This document shows, piece after piece, positions 1 through 10,357 of a stretch of 32,000 bases of DNA (position 1 is the first letter of the stretch; each line of letters starts with the position of its first letter). Under the pieces are notes generated by a model. It did no database searches and was not told the origin of the DNA. It saw only the letters and a list, made by a program, of their open reading frames with translations. Source of the stretch: Ureaplasma parvum serovar 3 str. ATCC 27815 (GTDB lineage: Bacteria > Bacillota_I > Bacilli_A > Mycoplasmatales > Mycoplasmoidaceae); contig NC_010503.1 of assembly GCF_000019345.1 (NCBI RefSeq), forward strand, positions 30,001 through 62,000, in the 5' to 3' direction. The position numbers and the translations under genes were made by a program.

Positions 1-1914
1 GTTATTAATATCAACCATTTGTGAACGTAAAATAGGAATATCATAATCATCACGAACATCTTGTAAAGGATTTTTTAAGTTATTAATAATGTTTTCAATA
101 GTATAAATATCTGTTTTTAGAATAGTAGTTAATTCATTAGGATTTAATTGATTTAAAACTTGATAATTATTTATTAATTTATTAATTGGTAATTGTAAAT
201 ATTTACATAATTCATTAACAACTAGATATGCTTCTGGATGAATACTTGTTCTATCTAAAAAATTATTAGCATTATTAATTCGTAAAAAACCAGCGGCTTG
301 CTCAAAAACTTTATCGGTAATGTAAGGAATGGTTTTTAATTGTTCACGATTTTCAATAAATTGATGTTTTTTAACATATTCAAAAATTTTTTTTGCACTT
401 CGCTTATTTAAACCTGATACTTTAGACAACAAAGGAATTGAAGCAGTATTAACATCAACACCAACTTGATTAACACAATAATCAATACAAAAATCAACTT
501 TTTGTTGAAGAATGTTTTTATTAATATCGTGTTGATATTGACCTACACCAATACTTTTTGGATCGATTTTTATTAATTCACTTAAAGGATCAATGATTCT
601 TCGTGCAATACTAATTGCCGAACGTTTTTCAACACTTAAGTTAGGAAATTCTTCACTTGCAATTGATGATGCTGAATAAATTGAAGCACCATCTTCACTA
701 ATTACACAATAATTAAGATTTAATTTGAATTCCTTAATTAAATCACTAATAAAAATTACACTTTCATTTGATGCTGTTCCATTGCCAATTGCTATTGTAT
801 TAACTTCGTATTTATTAATTAAGGATATTAACGTATTTTTAGCTTGTGTAATTAATATCTGTGGTTTGTGAGGGTAAATAATATCAGTATGTAATAATTG
901 ATTGTTTTTATTAACAATTGCTAATTTGCAACCATGCACATATCCTGGATCAAATCCTAAAACAACATGGCTTTTTAAAGGTTTTTGTAATAATAATTGT
1001 TGTAAATTATTACTAAAAATTTGTGCTGATTGTTGGTGAGCTTCCTCTAATTTTTCTTTGTAAACAGCATTTGAAACTGAAGGAATTAATAAACGATCAA
1101 AACCATCATTAACAGCTGATTTAATGTAGTCATAGCTGTTACTTTTGATTTTTCTAGTATATTTATTGACAGCAAAATCAATAAGAAATTCTTTTTTAAA
1201 ATCAAGTTTAAATGCAATGATTTTTAATTCATTAGCTCGATCAATAGCCATTAATTGATATGCTTTTAAATATTTAATTGGGCAACTAAACTCATAATAT
1301 AAAGCAAAGTTTTTAGTTGGGTCATTTGTTATTTTATTAATTCTTGTGATTAATTTAGCATGTTTGTTAATTGTTTCATAAAGCATTTCTCTTAAAGTTG
1401 TATCGTTAGCAACTTTTTGGGCAATAATATCACAAGCTCCAGCAATAGCTTCATCAACACTTAAAACTTGTTCATTTAAATATTGTTTTGCAACTTCTTT
1501 AATATTAGAATTAGGATTATTTTTTAATATTAATAATGCTAATGGTTCTAACCCTTTTTCAATGGCGATTGATGCTTTTGTTTTTTTATTTGAGGCATAA
1601 GGTTCATAAAGATTTTCAAGATCAACAAGCCGTTGACAATTATTAATTAATTCTAATAAGTCATTAGTTAATAAACCTTTTTGTTCTAAATTTTTAATAA
1701 TTACTTCTTTACGTTTATTTAATTTTGTAAGATATTCATATTCATGTGCAATTGCTTGAATTTGAAATTCATCCATATTGTTAGTCAAATGTTTACGATA
1801 TCTAGCAATGAATGCAATAGTATTATTATCAGCTAATAAATTCAAAACATTTGTTATATATTTTGCCTCAATTTTTAATTTTTGAACTAGTGTTTTAATA
1901 ATTAAATCAATCAT
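1..1914 (-). CDS. tex: Tex-like transcription accessory protein (YqgF-like core, helix-hairpin-helix region); C-terminus truncated by window edge
   Basis: Open on the minus strand with TGA=Trp from ATG at 1914. Contains Tex-typical segments such as LVDLENLYEPYASNKKTKASIAIEKGLEPLA, VLGFDPGYVHGCKLAIV, IAIGNGTASNES, EEFPNLSVEKRSAISIARRIIDPLSELIKIDPKSIGVGQYQHDI and ASIPLLSKVSGLNKRSAKKI. Confidence 0.93.
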   Translation of the reverse strand, partial: MIDLIIKTLVQKLKIEAKYITNVLNLLADNNTIAFIARYRKHLTNNMDEFQIQAIAHEYEYLTKLNKRKEVIIKNLEQKGLLTNDLLELINNCQRLVDLENLYEPYASNKKTKASIAIEKGLEPLALLILKNNPNSNIKEVAKQYLNEQVLSVDEAIAGACDIIAQKVANDTTLREMLYETINKHAKLITRINKITNDPTKNFALYYEFSCPIKYLKAYQLMAIDRANELKIIAFKLDFKKEFLIDFAVNKYTRKIKSNSYDYIKSAVNDGFDRLLIPSVSNAVYKEKLEEAHQQSAQIFSNNLQQLLLQKPLKSHVVLGFDPGYVHGCKLAIVNKNNQLLHTDIIYPHKPQILITQAKNTLISLINKYEVNTIAIGNGTASNESVIFISDLIKEFKLNLNYCVISEDGASIYSASSIASEEFPNLSVEKRSAISIARRIIDPLSELIKIDPKSIGVGQYQHDINKNILQQKVDFCIDYCVNQVGVDVNTASIPLLSKVSGLNKRSAKKIFEYVKKHQFIENREQLKTIPYITDKVFEQAAGFLRINNANNFLDRTSIHPEAYLVVNELCKYLQLPINKLINNYQVLNQLNPNELTTILKTDIYTIENIINNLKNPLQDVRDDYDIPILRSQMVDINN

Positions 1915-2023
1915 TTTGCACCCCTTTTAGAATTAATAAATTATAAACTTTTGATAGTCAAAATTAGTTATGTTAATTTAAATGCTTTATAATTACTAAG
2001 TAAAAGATAATTGGAGAAATTTT

Positions 2024-4267
2024 ATGAATCTAAAAACAAAATTTTTTTTAAAAGTTATAAGTGTTATTGCTCCAATTGTTATAATTCCAACTATTTTAGC
2101 TAATTGTGCACATATAAATTCTAATGAACTTGATAATGCTAAAACAAACTTGAAAGGAAGTGTTGAAGTTGTTAATATTAATCCTTATAAAACAAAACAA
2201 ATGTTAGCATCAAATATCAACAAAGAACAAATTAATTCTTATTTTATTTTTATTTTTAATTTAATTAAAACAAATCAAAAAATTGAAGAAAAAATTTTAG
2301 ATAAAAATGATTATGAAATTCTTAATTGAGCTGCTAATGATAATGATGGAACGTTAGGTATTAACATTTACATTAAAACCACTAAACAAAGTTATTTAAT
2401 TAATACTAAGCCTGTTTTTTTAACAGATAAACAAAACAATTATCTACAAGAATTAAAATATAAAACACCTGCTGTTTATAGTATTGATGAAATCTTAAAA
2501 TTCTCAAACAACCCTTATAATTTAATTCACAATAATCCATACTATAGAGAACAATTATTGCGTGCAAAAATTTATTTTAATCAAAATGAAGCTAATGTTG
2601 ATGATTCTAAACTTTATATGAACAAAATCGGTTATTCTGAATTTGGTAGTGATGTCCAAAAAAGATTAGAAAACGCCTTTAAAATTCGTTATGATGAGCA
2701 AAATATTTATCAAATTAATTCTCCGCAAATTTTAGCTAAAGAAACAAAAACGCTTACATCTTATATTGATAAAAAAACAAACAACAATTATAGTATTAAT
2801 ATAGAATTAATCAAAAAATTAATCCAAATTAATCCTTTTGGTAAACTCCCCAAAAATTTCGCTCAACTAATTAATTTAATTAAAAAAGAAGAATATCCTA
2901 AATTCTTGACAATTACTAAAAACGAATCTGTTGACAATATTGTTGTTAAAGATATTTATTATCGGATTATTGATCGTTATGCAAAATTAGAATTTATTTT
3001 AGAAATTTATAACAAAAAAACAAAACAAACCGTATATTTAAGTGCTAATTTTAATCAAAAGAATTCAGGATTATTAAAAAATGAAGATTATTTTCAATAT
3101 ATTTTTGATCGTACCATCTCACTTGATTTACTAACAACAAAAGATGGAAAAAATGTTGAATTAAATTCTGGAACTGGTTGAATTGTTGATCGTATTATTG
3201 ACGATAGCTTACCTAAAAATAAAATTAAATTACTTATTGCAACTAATAATCATGTTATGGGCTGATCGAATTTAGCAATCTCAAAAGATAACAGAATGAA
3301 ATCACGCTGGTTTAATAAACAAGAATATATAAATTATTTAGAAAATAACGCTGGTTTCATATCCTCAAACATTTATGAAGATAAAGACCGTTATCAATAT
3401 TTACTATGGGGGACTGCGCCTCTAAAATCTCCAGTAAGTAATAAATATAATTCATTAAGTGGTATTAGTTTTTCAAATTTAGCAAAGGTTTATAATATTA
3501 CAAATCAAAATTTCATTAATCGAGCATGATATATACCACAATTAAGTGCTAATGGTATAAAAATCAATGAAAATTTAAGAACATGATATCAAATTAATCA
3601 AGAAGATATTAAATCAATTAAAAATGGAACTTTAGACTTTGTTTTGGTCCCAATGGTTTTTGATATTGAAGATATTAAAGAAAAATTACCAAATTATTAT
3701 AAAGTATTAAATACAAAAGATGAAGCAAATTGATATATTGGATTAGGCAATTCAAAAAAATACTTGCCACAATTACAACTATTTAGTGGAGGATATCCTG
3801 GTGATGTTAATCCTAATAGTTCAGCGATTGTTTCATGGCGCGGTTCTAAATCTTATGGTTCACTAATTCAAGCATTTGATCGTGAAATTAAAAATGAATC
3901 AATTTTAGATTATTATGGTCCAAAGCAAATTAATAATATTGATGGTTATCAAAAGGTTGGCGAAGGTTATTTAAATAAATTATTTAATGTTGGAACACGA
4001 GTTATTACCTCTGATGAAATAGGTGATTTGGGTTCTGGTTCATCTGGTTCAATGATTATTGATTCTAACTTTAATTTAGTAGGTATTCATTTTGCTTCTT
4101 TAAATTCGCGTGCTTATGGTGCGCCAAATGATTCAATGATTGGTAATTTATTTGTTGCTCAATCCCAAGACTTAAGTGGTGATATTGATGTAAGAGCTGC
4201 GGTGATAAAAAAACTAAAAGCTGAAAATATTTACACTTATAAACTAAACCCTAAAGTTAGTTCTTAA
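2024..4267 (+). CDS. DUF31-family (MIP-like, trypsin-fold) putative lipoprotein protease
   Basis: Track ORFs 2024-2329, 2558-3181, 3296-3529 and 3764-4267 share one frame and join through TGA codons (about 747 aa). Lipobox-like N-terminus MNLKTKFFLKVISVIAPIVIIPTILANC. Catalytic-triad-like segments: GTGWIVD...LLIATNNHV (His), TLDFVLVPM (Asp), GDLGSGSSGSMIIDSNFNLVGIHFA (Ser). Confidence 0.85.
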
Positions 4268-4661
4268 TTTAAAATAATTTGTAAAAGAGAATGTTCTTTC
4301 ATCTATACCAAATATTAGTAATTTATTAAAAGAATCATATGTTGAGCTTCTAGAAATAATTATAAAAGTGAGTTACGCAGATAGTGGTTCTGAAGTAGTA
4401 GGTTTATGCGAATACATAGTATTACCTAATCTTCTTTATATTAAAATTATTTTATACCTTAAAACCGAACTAAAATATTAAACCAAATTTAAAAAAGTTT
4501 TTAATTATAAAGGACAATACTACGATGGAAATGAAATGACAGAAATCTACAATTCATTACAAAAGGGAAACATTTACCCATAATAATGTTTTATGACAAT
4601 TAATTAAAACTTTTTTGTTTGCTTTTATTTTAATAACTTGTTTTGTTTATATTTGATTATC

Positions 4662-5411
4662 ATGGCCATTGTTGCTAAAATAAACGGAAATGCATCAGAA
4701 TGATATCACGCACCAATCGCTTTAGCTTTCTTCTTACGGTTTTCATTAATTAATAAAATTTTTGCAATTATACTATCTTGTATTTTTTGCGTAAGCATTT
4801 ATCGTTTTCGTAAAAAATTAGTACAATATGAAAATTTTAATGAAATAAAATCAATTAAAAATAATGCGATTCTTACTGTAATTTTTAGTGTTGTTGCAAT
4901 ACTTTCATTAACACTATTTATTAATTTAATGATTGTTTTTATTAATCAAAATTACTATTACATTAAACGTATTCATAATTTACTTATACCAATAAGAATT
5001 GATGAAATTAAAATTTTAGAATATAGTTACATTTATTTATTACGTTGTGGATTTTATATTTTATTAACAGTATTTATAGCAAAATTTATTCATGATAAAA
5101 GAAGTATGATAAAGGTTTTATCATTATATTTATTCGTTAATTTTATATTAATGATTATTGGAACTTCATTTACTTTTTTAGAACATACAAACTTTTATAA
5201 TGGTATGTTAACTTATTGAACAACTTTTAGTTGTGGATTATTATATCCAGAAATTATTAATGATAATTTTCAGTGAATAAGTAGTTTTAATTACAATCTA
5301 AAAAATACTATTTATGAAAATAACTTTATTGCTTATTTACCTTATTTTTGCTCATTTATCGTTTTAATAATCTTAATTAAAAAAGTTAGTTGAAAATCAA
5401 TTACTATTAGT
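4662..5411 (+). CDS. Hypothetical integral membrane protein
   Basis: Single frame from ATG 4662 to TAG 5409-5411 with in-frame TGA; several long hydrophobic stretches (ILTVIFSVVAILSLTLFINLMIVFI, SLYLFVNFILMIIGTSFTFL, YFCSFIVLIILI). Confidence 0.65.
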
Positions 5412-5485
5412 TCAAATAGTTATTAAAATCATTTTGAGTCTAAGTATCTTTTTAAGTTAAGTTAAAAGTAGTGATAATATTTAAA

Positions 5486-5512
5486 AATCTACTTTACAAA
5501 ACAAAGTAGATT
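5486..5512. terminator. Likely bidirectional intrinsic terminator between convergent genes
   Basis: Near-perfect hairpin aatctacttt-acaaaac-aaagtagatt (10-bp stem, 7-nt loop) lying between the plus-strand gene ending at 5411 and the minus-strand gene ending at 5518. It is A/T-flanked, giving a U-run on the minus-strand transcript. Confidence 0.65.
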
Positions 5513-5517
5513 AATAA

Positions 5518-6045
5518 TTAGTTATCTTGATTTTTATTATATTTTCTTAAAGGACAATAATCATATTTTTTAGTATCTTTATCATTATAAGATTGACTTT
5601 CATATCCTAAATGATGATGATCAATAAGTAAAGGAAATAAAATATTATCGATTTTTGAGCATATTACTCTAACTGATCTTCCAAGGCCTAGTTGATAAAG
5701 TTCTAATTCTTCATTATCATTTTTCAATAAATTAGGATGGAGTTTTTTAATTAATTTAATATATTTACTAAATACATTATTTTGTTTAATAGGATGGCAA
5801 TGATCGTTAATTCCTTTATTTTTTCAATTTTTATAAACATAGGGAAACAATGTATTAAGAATATAAATAATATTTTTTAAAAATTGGTTTTCATCCTTAG
5901 TATAAGTCGTTAAACTATTTACTCGTTCCTCTTTAACTCAATTTTCATAACGCAAAGAAATAACAATGTCATCATTATCTTTTGAAACATTGTTATTTTT
6001 AACTTTATTGCGAGGAGTTTTATTGTTATTTATTTTCTTAGACAT
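5518..6045 (-). CDS. Small protein of unknown function, downstream partner of Panacea-domain protein; candidate toxin
   Basis: Continuous frame with TGA=Trp from ATG (6043-6045), 175 aa: MSKKINNNKTPRNKVKNNNVSKDNDDIVISLRYENW...KNDNEELELYQLGLGRSVRVICSKIDNILFPLLIDHHHLGYESQSYNDKDTKKYDYCPL. Starts 7 nt after the stop of the upstream gene in the same orientation. Confidence 0.6.
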
Positions 6046-6052
6046 TAATAAT

Positions 6053-6526
6053 TTAATTATTCTTCATTTGTTTTATATAATAACTAAATATTTCTTTATC
6101 GCTTATTACTGCATTACAACTATCTAGCGGTCCAAACCCTTTGCGAGCTTTAATTCATGGGTCTTCTTGATGTGTAATACTTTCTAATTGATTAGCACTA
6201 TAATGACCATATTCATCTCAAACTTGATTCAATATATCAATAGTATCTAAATTAAAATATTCTAGTTCATTAAAATCATTTATTTTAGGAATACTATTAT
6301 ATTTATGTTCTTTGAATTCATTATAAAGCATAGGAATAGCTGGTTCATGAACTCAAGCTTTGATTTTTTCATCAAATAATTTATTTTTTAAATCATCAAC
6401 TTTTTCATTCATTAAAGTTAGGTATCATGAATATGCATAATACACTAATTTTTGAACTTTTTTGGGAGTCATTGATTCTTTTGTTAAAAATCAATTAGCA
6501 ACAATTAATGGTGTTATTTCTTTCAT
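6053..6526 (-). CDS. Panacea-domain (DUF4065/SocA-like) protein, putative antitoxin
   Basis: 157 aa with four TGA=Trp codons (missed by the ORF track): MKEITPLIVANWFLTKESMTPKKVQKLVYYAYSWYLTLMNEKVDDLKNKLFDEKIKAWVHEPAIPMLYNEFKEH... The 'vanwfl...tpkKvqKLvYyaysw' and 'feeki.AWvhGPvip.lY.eyk' pattern is characteristic of DUF4065. AAGGA ribosome-binding site upstream. Confidence 0.82.
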
Positions 6527-6575
6527 TTCATGCACATCTTTCCTTATAAATATTATATTTAAAAAGTTAATAGTT

Positions 6576-7643
6576 TTACTTTTTTCTATTATTAAATTTT
6601 GATATTATATTGTTTAGTTCATTTTTATTTTCATCTAATTCGATTATTTTTTCTTTTAAAAATAAAAGTGCAAACTTGGAAAACTTATGTGTTTTATTGG
6701 TTTTTGATGTTGTAATTTCTAAATGATATTTTTTCGATTCCTTCATTTTAAAATATCAAATAAGTGCATATAATTTTTGAGGTGTTATATTAAGTTTTTC
6801 GGCTAATTGTTTTTGAATATAGGGATAAGTTTCATCTAAATTTTCTAATGGAACTGGAACTTCTTCTGCCAAATTTATATTTCCAGTAACTTTGATTACT
6901 GGTATTCCTTCATTTTCACTAAAACTACCTTCTTTTATAAATTTTGCTTTTTTTAGTAATTTTGCTATAAGATTTTTTTCTAAAACAACATCAACTCCAT
7001 AAGGAGTGGACAATTTTCCGTTATTATAATCAACTATTCCTAAATTAGTAGCACCATTATTTCTAATAAATTCAAAAACCTTAAATAAGCTATCTCGTTC
7101 TTGCTTCATTCTACAATTAATAATTTGTTCCATTTCTGCATATTTTATTTTTTCAGTTCTCGCTCTATAACGATAAAATATATCACCATTAACAATTTTT
7201 TCTGAACTATTATTCTTTTGTGCTATCACTGGTTTTATATTTGATTCTTCGGTATAAATTCACCCAATAATTTTTTGAACAATGATAACATCCCCATTAG
7301 AATTAATTTCTTTTTCTTTTAAAATAAATGAGCCTAATTCTCAATTTATAGAAGGGGAAAATAGATTATTAATAGAATCTGTCAAATCTTCTTGTTGAAT
7401 ATTTTCAAAATTACTATTTTGTAACCCAATTATGGAACGAGGTGAATCTTTAATACCAAAAATAATATATCCACCACTGTTATTAGAAAATGCTGCCATA
7501 GTTTTAGCATATATTGCAATGTTGCCTTTATTAAATGATTGTTTAAATTCAACTTGAGTATTTTCCCTACTACGCAAATTTCCATTTTCCATACGAGCAG
7601 ATAATATACTCTTTACTCTTTCTTCATGTTTTGATATAAGCAT
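6576..7643 (-). CDS. AlbA_2 (Schlafen-type) putative DNA-binding protein
   Basis: Track ORFs 7341-7643 and 6756-7229 are in the same frame and joined by TGA, continuing to TAA at 6576-6578 (355 aa). N-terminal ENTQVEFKQSFNKGNIAIYAKTMAAFSNNSGGYIIFGIKDSPRSIIGLQN matches the AlbA_2 pattern. Confidence 0.78.
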
Positions 7644-7746
7644 CTTAATTTACTTTAACCTCCATTAAAATTTAAAATAATATGTTATTTTATAATACTT
7701 ATATAATTTTGCATTAAGGTTTTAAAAAAGTATGAATTTATATTGA

Positions 7747-8505
7747 TTATGTTTTTATTTTTTGATAGCCTATAATAAGAGCGCACATTCTTTTGATAAA
7801 ATCTTCATAATTATTTAATATTATAGAATTACCAAATAAATCATCGATTTTGTTTGAATAACTTAGTAAGTCTTCATCATTCATAATTTCTTTATAACAT
7901 CTTATGTAATCTTTTTTATTTTTAATTTCCTCACTAATTTCTTTCAAACTAAGTAAAATGAAGAGCGTTTTATCTGGTGTATGAAAATAAACTTTAGGGT
8001 CATCATCTGATAATTTTAAATATTTTTCCAAATTGTGGTTTGAAATATTATCATATTTTTGTAATACACCATCACTTTTATAGTATGGAACTTTATCAAA
8101 AATTATAAAAATTTGAAAATAAGGAACTGAATTAGATCGTAAATTAGCTGTTTCGCCTAACATATTCTCAAAATAATTATTACTATTTTGAGAATAATTA
8201 CTCATAACAAATTTAATTGCTAGTCCAGCAATTGATTTTCCATTATTTTTAATTGTTATATCAACTTTTTTGTTGTAATATCTACCATCAATACATTCTT
8301 CTTTATCATCTCTATAACCTTGGGATTTAATATTGTATTCTTTGCCTAACAATTCTTCTAAATCTTTTGCTATACTCCCATGTAATGTTTTTAATTTTTT
8401 AGTACTTCTAGACGTTCCAACACTCAAATAATTATCAAAAGATTCCTTTATAATATCTAAATCTAAAAATTTTTTGTTACTCAACATTTTATTAAATTTC
8501 CTCAT
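7747..8505 (-). CDS. Type II restriction endonuclease (PD-(D/E)XK-like)
   Basis: 252 aa, overlapping the 3' end of the adjacent methyltransferase gene. Contains [66 protein letters not shown], compatible with a D-X(n)-X-K nuclease core and common in type II enzymes paired with N6-adenine MTases. Confidence 0.7.
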
Positions 8506-9934
8506 TTTTTAATTTGTAATCCAAGTATTTTTTTACATCTTTCGATGAAAAAGTATAATAACCACCATTTTTATATTTTCCTAATAAAGAAATATAAAGG
8601 CCAAATTCGTTGTCATTCAATGCTTTCTTAATTTTGGGAAAATGTTTTTTGTCACTTACAACATATAATCCACTATAAACACCGGTTCCAATTGGAGCAT
8701 TAACAATTTTTAAATCTGACGTAGTTTTTATTAAAGAATTTATTGCAATTTTATCCTTATAAGTATCTTTAATTCCTTGACTTCTACCAAATGCATATCA
8801 ACAATTTTTTGAACTAATATCATGATTTTTTTTAGTAAATTATTTTTATTAAATTTTAAATAATTGTACATTTTTAAATCTTTTTTTAACACTAATTCAT
8901 CAATTAAAAAATTTTCTTTATCGTATGGATAAAATATTTTTTTTAGTTCTCCTTTCGAAGCTTTAATGACAGGAATAATGAATTTTGATTCAAAGTCAAA
9001 ATCATTAATAAATATTTTATCTGACAATGTTGCATAACCATTCTTTACTAATATGTTTGTGGTTTTATTTGAAAGTAAAACTTTTTTTAAAAAAATAAGT
9101 TTTTGTTTAGGTCCAAAATAATAATTATTTTTTATAAAATAATCGTTGTGGGATATTTTTTCAATAAAACAAGGTTTTAATTTTTTCTCATCAAATTCAT
9201 AATATTCAACACATTCATTTTTTTTACTCTTATTTAAACAAATAATAGTTGTATAAACAGTAGCATTAAAAGCTTGAAAATGTTTTAAATCACAAACACT
9301 TTCGATTAATTTATATTCACTCAAAAACAAGCGCATATTTAATCCTGCTAAACTTGTAAAAAAAGAAGATGGTGTGATGTAGCATAAAATTCCATTTTTA
9401 TTTAACATTTTTATACCAATTTCATAAAATATAATATACAAATCAGTCATTCCTTTATTACTAAATAAATAATTTTTAATTAAATTGGGTTCTTTAATCA
9501 AATTATGAATTCTAACATATGGAGGATTTCCAATAACAAAATCCATTTTAGAATCATATATATTTATTTTCATACTATCATCATTTACAAAGTTTCATAA
9601 AACTTTATTTAAACCATACTTTTTAACAATATCATCACACCTATGTCTACAAATTTCTAATTCATCATTATCAATTTCTATACCATGTATAAATGTTTCT
9701 AATTGTTTTTTTTAACTCAATTAAATCATTATTATTTATAAGATAATCTTTGCAATATCTATCAACTATATAAGTTAAAAATTGCCCATCTCCACAACTA
9801 TTATCAATTACATGTTTTTTATTTATATTTCCATTAATATAATGCCCTTTATCAAGTATTATATTTACTAAATAATCAGGTGTATAAACTTTTCCATAGC
9901 GTTTAACCTTAGTCAATCTCAATAATTCTTTCAT
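8492..9934 (-). pseudogene. Type II N6-adenine DNA methyltransferase, interrupted by two frameshifts (possibly phase-variable or sequence error)
   Basis: N-part (9934 to 9671) has motif I VIDNSCGDGQFL. Middle part (frame of track ORF 8740-9573, extended upstream) has HGIEIDNDELEICRHR...MDFVIGNPPYVRIHNL (NPPY motif IV). C-part continues as HDISSKNCWYAFGRSQGIKDTYKDKIAINSLIKTTSDLKIVNAPIGTGVYSGLYVV...[11 protein letters not shown], ending at 8492. The frame changes at 8-nt A tracts (9706-9713 and 8826-8833). Confidence 0.85.
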
Positions 9935-10357
9935 TTTTAAATTTAAAAACCTCTTTTAGACATTATATTAAAATTAATAAAAACGTTTTTATTTTATTGA
10001 TAAGAGTTATCGATACCATAAAATAATTTCAACAATTTAATTAATATAGTTAAATATTTCATTATTTTTTATATTTGATGAAATGACAATATAAGGGTTT
10101 TGCTTTTTTATTATATATTTACTAAATTAATCACTTTTCTCTTTTAATATCAAATAAATATACTAATATAATTAATTTTATCAAAATCCAAAATGGGAGT
10201 CAAAATGGGGTTAAAATTAAACAATTGCTTTTAAAACAATTATTACTAAAAAACTAATAGTTTAAACTTTATTAATCACAATAATTTAGTATTTATCCAA
10301 AATTTTAATAACAATATTAGTAGTATAATGACTTGTAAATAATACAAGGAGATTTTG

